Positions 17,457 to 29,909 of a stretch of DNA of 64,000 nt are shown here, piece by piece. Under the pieces are notes generated by a model. It was not told the DNA's origin, ran no database searches, and saw only the letters and a program-made list of their open reading frames with translations. The position numbers and the translations under genes were made by a program. The stretch comes from Lingula anatina (lineage: Eukaryota; Animalia; Brachiopoda), in NCBI GenBank assembly GCA_051362555.1, contig CM120644.1, positions 22,466,534-22,530,533 on the forward strand, given 5' to 3'. The number at the start of each line of letters is the position of its first letter. Positions within the stretch are counted from its first letter, which is position 1.

Positions 17457-18051
17457 AAAACAGGTGTATGGATTATCGATAACATACCATGGTGATCAGC
17501 GATAAATTCGAGAAAAAACAACATTTTTTCTTATTCCATGTATAACGCGCTTTTCATGCCTGTGGCAATCTTTTTAAATGCCAACAACGGTTCATGAAAC
17601 CACAGAGTCGTGAAATGACCATATAAGTACAGGCGATTTTTACTTGTTAGGATTTAAGCAATTGGACATATACTTGTAGGCCTTAAAGCTGTTTTTAGGG
17701 TCATTCCACAAAAAAGGCCAATCTGTAAGTACCGTCTCAATACACTAAGCAAAGTCCATGCTCAATACACTAAGCAAAGTCCATGGATAATCGATTAGTC
17801 TTAACACAGATGTCCACTATGAAAACACAATGGAGACAGATGTTGAAGGCTTTTATTAATGATGGTATACATAAAAATTCAAACTCGATGATGGATGAAA
17901 AGATTTTTTTTCATATTATTGGTTAGGGTACACCTTGTTTACTTTAGAAATGTGTTGAAATTTCGAAGGTAAAAAAAAAACATTTTGCTTTGCACGTCAG
18001 CCAATCAATCATCCAGCTCTCGAAAAAAGAGGGCTTTAACAACAAAAAATA

Positions 18052-18089
<38 letters not shown>

Positions 18090-18292
18090 TAATAATAATA
18101 ATAATAAATAAAGAAAAGAAAAAAAACACGCAAATGATTTTCAAAGAAACTACCTAGTTGACACACGGACTCACTTCAACGGTCATGCACACAACGTCCG
18201 AGGGGCATGTGCGCAAGTCGACCATTATTTTCTTCATTATCATTTTATCAGTTTACATGATACATCGAAAACTTTCACAGAAACATGGTTCA

Positions 18293-18640
18293 TTACACTA
18301 CCTTTTCATAATATACATAGCCATCTCTGGGTACAAGAACCGAACTCCCGCCTTCACTGATGGCTACCGAGTTAAGCTGACATTGTGTGGTGGCTGTGGC
18401 GGAGTTTACTTTGTAATTGAACGACTTGCATCTATTCTCCGCCAAACATTTAACGGTGCATTCTCGGACGCTCTTGACTTGAGTGCGGTCCAGGTCGTCC
18501 CCTCCTCTTAAGATGCGGTTGACAGTATTGACGCCGCCAATGTTATCCATTCTGGTCATTACAACAGTGCGATATGCTGGTTGAACCGAATTCAGTTGGC
18601 AAACTGCCGCAAAAAGGAACACCAGGATAAATGAAAACAT
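18293..18640 (-). CDS. Small secreted single PAN/Apple-domain protein (115 aa, intronless CDS)
   Basis: Signal peptide MFSFILVFLFAAVCQL. PAN core ECTVKCLAENRCKSFNY...CQLNS with terminal GYVYYEK. Confidence 0.85.
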   Translation of the reverse strand: MFSFILVFLFAAVCQLNSVQPAYRTVVMTRMDNIGGVNTVNRILRGGDDLDRTQVKSVRECTVKCLAENRCKSFNYKVNSATATTQCQLNSVAISEGGSSVLVPRDGYVYYEKVV

Positions 18641-20936
18641 GGCTTTTAGTCGTTAGTTTTCTGCCACGAAATGCATCAGCTGCTCAGTTTTGCTTGTTTT
18701 GATAATGTTTTGATGGCCTTTTAACAGTACACCATAACGCGGACATCGTATAGATACTGGGCTACTAGTAAAGGCCGTCAAATCGGACTCTACTTGTCAT
18801 CTAATTTGGAGTAAACTGTACAGAGTGTTTGCTTCCCCAGTCATCAAAGGTCAACACGAGGTTTCGAACGCTGTGAAAAGACACCTCCTTGTCCTGTCAT
18901 TGAGACGCGGCGTCCCTTCACGTGCAGTTTATTGAATAATGTGTCATTAGTCAGTGCAGGTGGCGATCATTGTACGTTCTCCCGTTACCATGGATTGAAT
19001 TGCTGTATAACCTGTCATATCCATTAGCGGTATGGTACACACTGGCTGATGCCATCAGATGCCCTTCTTGTAAACACCTTATAGATGTTAGTTCTTCTAA
19101 AGAAGACGTAATGAAGGAAATTGGAGTTGAAGAATACCAGATAATTGATCGTACGCTTGTTCTGATGTCACAAGAGACATTTTGCTGGGAAATTTGACTC
19201 ACAGCTACGGTTTATGTATAGTTTGTTGACAGAATTCGACTTTAAGGTGCTGTCGTAGATTAACAATCTAAATCACGGCTATTATTAAGATGGCCAATCT
19301 CAACCAGATTTTAATGTAATGTCCTGTTATTGTGAGTTACCCACTGGTCGGTACTGGAGGTCAATGGAAGAAGATGGGACCCGTCCTTTCCCCTTTTCCA
19401 AAATAATGACCAATCCAACTGAAAACCCTTGCCAAAAGAGAAGGAAACAATTATCTAATTAGACTTTTGGAATTACCTCAAAGTACAACGACGATATTTC
19501 TTGTGTTTGTTAAATTGCTAGCTACATATACCGCTGTCACATGGTAGCAGTAGCGGGTAAAATCTTCCCACGTTTTCTTGAGCAATTTGAGATGGATGGA
19601 CAGGTTGCAGTATAAATGTATATTTAGTTATCATTGTTTTTTTCATTGATAAATTGCATGCTGTTTCTCGGCTTTTTTTGACGCGTTGCATGTCTCCCCT
19701 CTCATCATACAAAAAGAACGCCTGCAAGAACAGAAGACCAGTAACGTTTGAGATATGAATAGTTCACACGAAGTCAATTTAGACACAAAATGACAGATTG
19801 GCGACAAAAAGATAAGATACCTAATGGTATCGAACAATAAGCAATGCGTGAAGAACAGAGACCGGTATTTAGCTGATGTCTACTTCAAATCGCTCTACCG
19901 GGCACACATCTTAGATAAAGCTGTCACAAAAACACTTTAACTTAACTCAATACGTTAAACACTTAATTGTTTATGTGTGTGTGATTTGAATCACATATCA
20001 GAAATGTCAGGTCTTGGTGACCTGCCAGAAATCATGATAAATAGCAGGTCAACGTCATAATAGCTTAACTGTACTCGCAAAAACTATAGAGCCAAAATCA
20101 TTTTTAGATGAAAATACAGTGGGATACTCTCACATTTGCTTTCTTTAAATTATGTCAAAGTTTCTGTTCGAGTTGTTTTTTTTTTAACAAGAGACTTATA
20201 TGCTTTGCTTCTAGCTCCATCTATCGGTTTGGAAGTTTGCAAAACTTGAACTTTGAGGTATGAAGTGACAGCGCAACATGAACTGTAACAGGTGTGTTTA
20301 TATGTGTAGTTCGTCCGTTGGAATCGACAAAGAGCATCTAGTCATCCTATGAGTTAGTGATTTGTATTCTGAAAAATAGCTATCGGTTTTTTTCTGAAAG
20401 CATATGGTGCATTTATACGTGGATGAGCACTTAAATTTACTATTTACATACATGTAATTAATTTTGTATCATATTTTCAGCGTTATGGATTTATGCATAT
20501 TCATCCCTCTCTGTAGCAAGCGTGTTTAATTTATACTCTGTCAGTTTTTCCCATTATGGGTTTACATATATTTACCCCTCTAAGAAACAAGCGTATTTAT
20601 TTTCCACAACTTCAATTGTCTATTTCTATGAAACAAATGTACACAGTCAGAAGAACAAATGTAAGTAATTGAATTGTCTGGATCTATGGTTAGTTTTGTA
20701 TCTTCACCGGAGGTGTTCTACATGTGATCCATATTTGTCTATATAACGGTAAGTGTTCGGTTTTCCCAGAATTGCTGTCCAGCCTTCTGTCTACGTGAAG
20801 CAAACATCTATGTGGGGAGTTTTGCCTGGAAGGAAAGTGGAAGAGTTGATTTGAACGGTCTTTTCTTACCTGTTGACAATTTTTAAAGAGTTTTGGATTC
20901 ATTTGCATCAAGATATATATTGGTTTCCTGGTTAAA

Positions 20937-21994
20937 TTACAATTCAACATTTGCCTTGGCTAAGAAAAAAATAAAGTTAAGTATATATTTTTCGGATTAG
21001 ATTAAAAAACAAACACCAAAAACCCTACAGAACTTTTACAGGTGCTACAGCTACGTCAAATACTTCCTCGCTGTTTATTGCCCATTGCCCATCCTATTAA
21101 CCATTCCCTATATATCAAATTGATTTATAATTTTGAAAACGTCTTGTGTTAAATTATATGTTGCTGTGTTTACAAGAACACACAAGGCGCATTCAGAACA
21201 AGATGATCTGCAGAATAACAGATACGCGGATCAAATTTGGTGCCACCTGAAAGCATGCCGAGACTTAATTGCTCTGACCCCTGCTGGGGCGGCGAGCGGG
21301 GGAATCAAGAATCCTTTCTCAAGAGCGAGTTATATGTGATACGCGAACGAGTTAGTCCACAGATCATCTTTGTTGTGAATGCTCTCACATACCAGTGTAA
21401 TATTCATACATCTGGCGTCCCTCCACCTGATGTTTGGCGCACAGGGCGCGGTATCCCCCTGATGCCTGGAAGCTTTCAAACGCTTTGTTCCACCATATGG
21501 GAAGAGGAGAGTCTTTTTTGACTAAGATTCCTGTTCCATTGGCACAACGAGTGGCGTCTGATGCAACGCTAAGTTTCTTCAAACCCTTAGTAAAGACGTC
21601 GTAGGGGTTATAGCTATAGTAAAATCCGTCAGCCTAAAATGTGGAATTTTTCATCATTTGAAGTAACTTTAACCATTGCTTGTATAGAAGGCTTTTGCTT
21701 TTACTCATGGCAAATTTAGAGAAAATCCATGTCGAAATTCATAAAGTAATTTTGCCGATTTTTCAATAATATTGCCTTGGACCCAATTCCCATGCCTTGA
21801 TAGATCAACCAGGATCGACCCATACTGAATCAGATAGGGGGTACTAAACTGTCGTTATTAGCTTCAGTAGACGTTTCAGAAATTTAGGCCGCTTAAGCTA
21901 AAAGAAATTTAAGGAGAATCTCCTCGATCCTGCTAAATCTACTTAGGTATGGGAAAAGGGTCTTATTAATAACTATTATTATTTTTATTATTAA

Positions 21995-22028
<34 letters not shown>

Positions 22029-25000
22029 TTCTATCTGTGAACCTACCGTTCTGTTCAAGACCATAGCCCGAGCCTCGGCTGCATCTCTAGCCCACATGGT
22101 GCCGAATCTAGTCTGTCCCTGACTTCTAAGACAATCAGGACTCGCATACCACCCTTTTACAAACACTAAAACACAGATCGTAGAAATGAATTGCAATAAT
22201 GGAATGAATTTTAAAGACTTTTTATTTAAGAGGTCGGTACCACTTTGAAACAGTCTACAATTTCTAGCGGCGCGTTGGACCAATTTGAATCTTTTCAAGG
22301 AAATGACATAAACTGCTAATGCTCTGCATCATTAACATGTCAATTTGTAAATAGGCACGTGAAGTATTTAACTAACGCAGCTTTTTGGTTCAGGCTAACG
22401 GCCCTACTTTATTCATCCTTGAATAAATGCCATGAATTACAAAGTTTAATTTAAGAGAAAGGATTTCCTTCGCATAACGGAAAACGGAAAATGAGCTATA
22501 AGTCTTCGTACCTATCAGATTTTCATGAAGGATGTTGATATCTGGACTATCTGGATGCACAAAGAGACCCAGGAGCGAGGGATAGAACGGCTTGGTAAAA
22601 TCGAAAATGTTCTTCCGATAGGTTGTTAGACCCCATGAAATACACGCGTCAAACCAGCCTGCACTCAGACCTAAAAAGTATCAAGATGGAGACATTTTGA
22701 AGTCACACATCTCCAGAAATGCACTGCATGACGTCACGCTTAGCCCACTGCGCATTCGTGCACTTTTAATGAGTTGCTAGATTGCCATAGGAAAATGAAT
22801 GGGTTCGCGATTCGTGGGTAATTCGTGATAATTGACAAACTAACGGCCTGATGCCGATAGACAGCAACGCTGTGCTATGCTTCAAGCAACTCCTGACCAA
22901 ATATCGCTAGGGTTTTTTTTTAAATCTGTTGTACACACTTTCTTAGAAGTTTGCCGTGTATTGCCTAGCCTACCCTCATTAAAACGCACATATTTTCAGA
23001 AATAGTGATTTTAGACGGTAGATTCACTCAGAAACAAAGGCATACTAATTCGTTGCCGATAGCACCAGCAGATAGCAGCACCATACAGAGTCTGATTAAA
23101 AACTTTGATGGCAATTGAATAAATTTTACCACTGTACAATGGAGTAAAAAAAAAAAAAGCACTTGGCACAAATGTGAAACTGCCCAGTGCAAGGCCAAGA
23201 CTTCAAACAGTATTTTCAATCATATTATCAGATTCTACATAAATTGACTGACAATATCACTACTCAGTATTAGGCTTCGTTCACATGGAATGTCTATTTT
23301 CTAAAAATCTATTTTCTATTCGCGCTATCTTATGATCACGGTCTGTGCCCTGAATATCCCGCGGCGTAATTACTGGCAGCGTGAGCCAGTTACTTATAGT
23401 AACTTATAGTAACTTATAGTAACTGGCTCGCGCTGCCAGTAATTACGCCGCGGGATATTCAGGGCACAGACCGCGATCATAAGACATACCGCGAATAGAA
23501 AATAGAATTTAGAAAATAGACATTCCATGTGAATGAAGCCTTAACTAATCTCTTAATCCAAAATTCCTATCATCATTTAATAATAATGCACAATTCTCTT
23601 TAAGATTGCTATTTATTTTAAATTTTAATGCTGCAACTGTTCCAAAAAAATCTTGTAGTAAAGGAAAAATGCAAATAAGAAGTGGAAGACCAATTTTACC
23701 GACATTATTCAATTATTTGAATATAAAAAGAATAAGATCACGATTTAACAAATTAAAATAATATTTCATGAACTCTTTCATGAATAACATATTAAACAAA
23801 ATTAAAGTTATAAATTAGTGGTAATGGCTTATTCTGGAATATATGACCTCTGCACATCATCAGTACCTGACTTGGTACAGTATAGTTACTACTTGGATAC
23901 AGAGTTAGATTTAATAATGTAACAATAAGAACAATATATATTACAATAAACTTCTCTGCACATGTCAGGCGCTTGTTACCATGAACTAACACTACTTGAC
24001 AATGGGCTGAGCACTTATCACAGTCTGTGTGCGATGCCATTGTTGTGCTGTGATTGGCTAGTTGAGTCACGTGAAGCCCTACTGTAGCGCCCTCGCGTAT
24101 CGCGTGAATGCTGCGCATTTCTGGCCATGGAATCCTCCACTTACGGCAAAACGTCTATGAGGAAGACTAATAGACTTTTTTTTATAGCTACACTGCCTTG
24201 CCTTGGTAGGGAGGAATAAAGGGCTTACTTGTACACTGACTAAGCTGAGTAGTGGACATGCAAGCAGTAACCCGCGTAACTTGACAAGTTATTTCTGGGC
24301 TAGCTAATACAATGCTTCAATAATAATGTATCACTGATATTAAATGCGTTATAAAATGTGTAATTACACAGGGGCGGATTTAGGCCGTCTTCTGGGTCTT
24401 CCGGAAGACGGTCAGATTTTCAAGTTTACATTGAACAGAAGGGTATCTAATTTTTTCTGTCGGAAGACGGTCAAAAATGGAAAATGGATAACCAAATATA
24501 ATATGGAAGACTGTCAGGAAATATTTCTGGATCCGCCCCTGTTACATCACCCCAGCAGGGCATTTTTATTGCTCAAATTATGCTCAGTACTGTTACAAAG
24601 GAGTTATAACAACCTATCTAATTGTAACAATTTTTATTCAGTAGTTAACCAAGAGAATGGTCGGGCAGATGGAATATATCTTTCCCGTATTGTCAGACAT
24701 AATCAAGTGCTAGAGGAGTCCACACTTACCCCGTCCTGCTCGGTCGTGTCCTGCTGGGCCTGACCAAAAAGTTATAAATTCTTGGTTGGACACACACTCG
24801 GAGTACTCCGTCAAGACAACCTTGCATTTCTTCCCAGCTATGGCACAGACTGTAATTAGAACAGATTAACTGACATTAACACAGCAATAAAAGTTTACAT
24901 GGAAACTGTGATGCATTTGAAACGTGACGAGTTTTCCAAATGTTATCATGTGCTGTTTGGCGATTCGTCATGTTGGAAGCTTATATTCAAATCTGTTTTT

Positions 25001-26977
25001 GAAGAAGATTTATTAGGGTCTATTCCCACAACTTTAGATCGATCTATCACTGCGGGGAGTCTCACCAGACTACCGTCAGATAATCCCCCTTAAGTGTCCG
25101 TCCCCGCCCACTACAAGCCGTAAGGGGCAATTAACTTTCGTGTCCGCCCGGCAGACAGCTATTCAGCGCGAACCCCCAGGGAGTTAGGTCGATCCAAAGT
25201 AGGTCGATCTAATCTATGGAAATGGGGTGTTAGTTATTCGGTTACTGAGATACAAGTGTGTGAAGTATTTGAAATCCGACTTGAAAACAACTTACCTTTT
25301 TCCACAATATCGACATTGAATCCCTTGAGAACAGAACCCTCTCTGGACGAAATGAAAATTATTTATTTTCATCATGTTTTCGAAAGTGATAAACAAATGG
25401 AGATATACAGTAATTCATTTATGACATAATTAAAATTGCTGTACAGTACTCACACATATTCAGCAAAGTTAGGGCCTTCTCCACTAGCAAAGAGCCAAAC
25501 CTGTAAAACAACAAGTGTCACATACATTTACGTGGCAATACACATTGTGGTCTTGTCTTTATTATGACCATAATGTACTTCACTGAATTCATTGTCATCA
25601 TTTATATCTAAAATAGGCAATTTTTATATAGAAAAAATCAACCAAACAAACAAACATTCACTTTTGTAAAGCAAGTATTTAGATATTAATGAAGTCTTTC
25701 GTTATAAAACAAGCGCGCAATCTCAAAGGCAAAGAACCAAAACCTTATCTCCTTCTCCAACTCGTGCCACATCCATCATTTTTGTTCCTCAGCAACTTTA
25801 AAGTAAGATTTAAACTAAGATATCAGTTCACCTTATCATCAGCTGGACAGGAACACTGACAGCCCCCGTCACTAGTAGTAGAAGTAGTAGGCTTCCTCGC
25901 TGCTCTAGAGGTAGTAGGCTTCCTCGCTGCTCTAGTAGTAGGAGGCTTACTCGTTGCACGTGTAGCAGAGGGCATATTCGCTGCCGATCTCAACCTGTCC
26001 CATGCGTTATTGACCAACCATCCAAACGCATGACTCTCGGCGTCACCTAAGAGCGCAGACACTTGCCATTGGACAGCAAGTAGAACGACCACCTAAGGGG
26101 AATGGAGAAAACTTAAACTTGGTTCCCATACCTTGATCGATGTAACAGGATCCATCTCTGAGGGATTTCTCGCTTAATTGCTGTCGGCTTAAGCGGCTTA
26201 GATGTCTAGCACGCCTACTGAAGCTGCTGGACGATCATTAATTACCTCCTAGCGGCTTCAGTAGCCTCGACAGACATCTAACCCGTTTGAGCTGATTGCA
26301 ATGTAGCGAGAATCCCCTCGAAGATAGATCGATCCACAGTAATACGGGAATAAGGGTCTGGGAATGGTCCCTTGGTGAGGGACATGTAATAAAGGGTGTT
26401 TTTGTTGCCTAGCCAAAATATATTGTGCAAAATCTATTTTTGTTCAAAATATAGAATACATTGGTAAAATTTTGGAGACACAATCTGTGTAGCTTTTGAT
26501 TTGAAGCTCCAATAAAGATTCTCATTGAAAGAGACTATAGATGGTTAAAATATTATTTTTGAATGCTGTGCTTTAAAATGCATTCCCATAGATTTAGATC
26601 GATCCATCTAGATCGACCTAACTCCCTGGGGGTTCAAGCTAAATTGATGTCAACCGAGCGTGCACGGTAGTAAATTACCCCCTTACAGCTTTTAGTAGGC
26701 GGGACAGACATTTAAGCCGGCTAAGCTGACAGTAATTTAGTGAGACTCCCCACAGGGATAGATTGATCTAAAATCTGTGGGAATGGGGTCTTATATATTT
26801 ATATATAACACGTTGTCATAAGTAAATGGAATGAAAAATACAGGAAATTTGCCCGTTTCGAAACGGTATACAAACACATCTGATTTAAGACTGAGGAACA
26901 AATGGAATTATGCTTCATCAATGTCAGACTTACATAAATAAGATCTCATTTTTGTCACTTACCGTGGCAAGATTCAT
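20937..26977 (-). CDS. Secreted solute-binding protein family 3 (HisJ/ArgT-like) homolog, copy 1 (~340 aa)
   Basis: Exons 26977-26963, 26092-25832, 25500-25454, 25342-25296, 24849-24730, 22670-22512, 22165-22047, 21633-21393, plus a probable last exon 20959-20937 (alternatively read-through to a stop at 21385). All phases match. Motifs KGFNVDIVEKVCAIAGKKC, GLSAGWFDACISWGLTTYRKNIFDFTKPFY, GILVKKDSPL..WNKAF..FQASGGY..LCAKH. Confidence 0.85.
21185..21386. mobile_element. Harbinger-type MITE at the 3' end of SBP copy 1 exon 8
   Basis: Imperfect TIRs ggcgcattcagaacaagatgatctg / cagatcatctttgttgtgaatgctctc, ACA direct repeat on both flanks, absent from the paralogous position in copy 2 (~29175). 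Confidence 0.65.
21780..21962. mobile_element. Harbinger-type MITE with family-1-like termini
   Basis: gacccaattccca...tgggaaaagggtc ends; absent at the paralogous site (~29590) in copy 2. Confidence 0.65.
23273..23540. mobile_element. Near-perfect palindromic Harbinger-type MITE
   Basis: GGCTTCGTTCACATGGAATGTC...GACATTCCATGTGAATGAAGCC, ~120 bp arms, TTA TSD. Confidence 0.85.
24369..24541. mobile_element. Short TIR element (CAGGGGCGGAT...ATCCGCCCCTG)
   Basis: Terminal inverted repeat. A related partial copy (ggaagacggtcaaaat...ccgcccctg) lies at ~4290-4377. Confidence 0.65.
25016..25229. mobile_element. Harbinger-type MITE family 1 (copy 2, reverse orientation)
   Basis: Reverse complement of the 1743 and 45534 copies; TTA TSD. 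Confidence 0.8.
26118..26359. mobile_element. Quasi-palindromic MITE (family 2) with family-1-like ends
   Basis: ggatccatctctgagggatttctcgcttaattgc... with an inverted counterpart. A related copy lies at ~27175-27390. Confidence 0.55.
26576..26790. mobile_element. Harbinger-type MITE family 1 (copy 3)
   Basis: Same interior as 1743-1956; TTA TSD. Confidence 0.8.
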
Positions 26978-28946
26978 GCTGGCTGTGTAGGTTTTGAAAT
27001 ACGTCTGTAAGAGCTAGTCGAGTTATACACGTGAAGAAGTAGCTCATACCTATGGTAAATGCAGCATGACATATTGATATTTAAGGAAAACATTAGTGTG
27101 TGAAAAAATGCAGCATGTTAGGTGTTAGTAACTTGTTACTGTACGTTACGCATGTGAAGATTGTCAGCTCTTAGAGACCATTCACGTACTAACTTTGGAT
27201 CTCCAAGGGGATTCTCGCTTAATTGCAATTAACCTTAGCGAATTAGATGTCTGTAAACATGTGTCTGCTCACATATTGAAGCTCACAGGAGGTAATTAAA
27301 TTTCTTTTAGCAGCTTAAGCAGGCATGCCCGATATTTAAGCTACATAAGCTGAGAAAATTAAGCGAGAAACCCCTTGGAGAGGGACCAATCCTGTTATAT
27401 CTCGACCACACTAGAATTGTGATTGAAAATGGGCCAGTTGTTGAAAAGACAGGTGTGGATGAAACAAAGTACCTATCCCCCCCCCCCAAAAAAAAAAGGA
27501 GAATTGAGATTGATGGAAATATTCTAATATAAATGTATATTTAGATATAATTGCTTTTCCATTGATAAATTGCATGCTCTTTCTCTCCTTTTCTGCCGAT
27601 TTGCATGTCTCGCTTCTCATCAAACACAAAGATCGCTTGGAAGAACAGAAGACCAGTAAAGATTGAGATATGAATAGGTCACACTTAGTCAATCCTACGC
27701 GTTGTCCCTACAGGGGCACAGTAAGTAAATCTCGCCTCAATTCAACCGGTCGAGGGACGACGCGTGGGGAGGCGTGTGAGAGGCGGAGAGACCATTACAG
27801 AATTTAGCGGTCTTCCTTTCATGTAGGTCCGCCATATTTAGGTCGCGGCCTAGCTAGCACTCGGCTCCTCTAGATCTGAATGAGGTCGTAGTATTGAACT
27901 ATAGGCAATATGTGAAGGACAGATACAGGTATTTAGCTCATGCCTGCTTCAAATTGCCCTTTCAGGCACATATCGTAGATAGAACGGTCACAAAACACAA
28001 CTTATTGTAACCGTTTATTATGGTCCAAATGCTGAAAATGAATTTTTTTTCCTGCAGCTAATTATTCAATAATGCATCTAATTTGTGCTGATTTAAAACA
28101 ATGAAAAACCCCTTGGAAATATAAAATATCGGCGTTTATATTTTCACTGCAATGTATAAGCATAGGCAACTCACACTTCGCCATGTCTTGCTTCTAGCTC
28201 CATCTATCGGTCTGGATGTTCGCACAACTTGAATATTGAGGCATGAAGTGAGAGACCAAAACGTGGACTGCAGCATAGTGTGTTTATATTTACACACATA
28301 TCAAAAGTTGGAACATTCAAATTACCAACAGCTACTAATTTTATTTCTAATTTCATATGATCAAGAGCGGTCATACGTGGATGTACAATAACATTAAGAA
28401 TTTACATAATATAAATTGTGTATCTTATTTTCAACGTTATGGATTTATGCATTCACCCCTCTAAGGAACGAGTGTGTTTCGTTAATATGCCTTCCGTAAG
28501 ATATATCGCTTTTCTATTCTATTTCTCGTTATGTTTTTATGCATATTCATTCCTGTAAGAAACAAGTGTGTCTAATTCCCACACTTACAATATTAAAATT
28601 TCTGTGAAAAAATAAATACACACAGTCTGAATAGCAGTGTAGGAAATTGTCTGGATCTATCGTAGGTTTTGTATCTCCACTAGAAGTGTTCTATATAATT
28701 TCCAGACTTGTCTATATAACGGTAAACGCACGGGCATTACTGTGTAGCTTTCTTTCTATGTGAAGCAAACATCTATGTAATCTGGAGAATTGCCTGGAAG
28801 CAAAGTGGAAGAGTTGATTTCAACAGTAACTATTTTTCGTGTCTGCTGACACTTTAAAAAAAGGTTTGAATCTATTTGATAAAGTGAAATGCATAAAAAA
28901 ATATATACTGTATATACTGTATTGGTTTCTTGGTTGAATTACAACA

Positions 28947-29872
28947 TTAACCTTTGTTAAAAGAACTTCATTAAAAGATGTTTATCCGATTAGAAAAACA
29001 AACAAACAAGCAAACGCCAAAAAACCCCACATAACTTTTACAAGTGTGCAATTATTTCAAATACTTCCTCGCTGTTCATTGGCAATTTCCTATCCTTTGC
29101 AAACCTTTCCTTCAATATCGAATTGGCTTTCAATTTTGAAAATATCTTATTTTTGAAAATATCATGTGTTAAATTCACACATACCAGTGAAGTATTCATA
29201 CATCTGCCGTCCCTCCACCTGATGTTTGGCACACAGGGCGCGGTATCCCCCTGATGCCTGGAAGCTTTCAAACGCTTTGTTCCACCATATGGGAAGAGGA
29301 GAGTCTTTTTTGACCAAGATTCCTGTTCCACTGGCACAAACGGTGGCGTCTGATGCAACGCTGAGTTTCTTCAAACCGTCAATAAAGGTGTCGTAGGGGT
29401 TATAGCTATAGTAAAAGCCATCAGCCTAAAACGCAGAGCAATTCATTATTTGAAATAGTTTAATCATCGCTTGTACGATAATATACATAACTAAAGCCGA
29501 GAGCTTTTGTTTCTTTCTCTACATGGCGATTTTATAGAAAAATCCATGTACAAATTCACAAAGAGACTGCACATGTCTTAACAATATTGCCTTATAGTTT
29601 AAACAAGCTTAAAGCGGTAAGATTTTGTTTTTACCCTTAATCGTTTCTAGTTTTAACTCATCCTTATCATTAATGTAATTTTAACACATCGCGATACTTA
29701 TCACTTTATTTTAATATCTCAAACATGGTTTTAATAATATATGATAATAATAACGATAATGATAATGATGATAATAATAATATCAATTATTATTGTTAAC
29801 TTAATTATTATTATTATTATTTCAAAAGCTCGGCTAGAATCCAATTTCGCATATATTCTACACACACACAGC

Positions 29873-29909
<37 letters not shown>

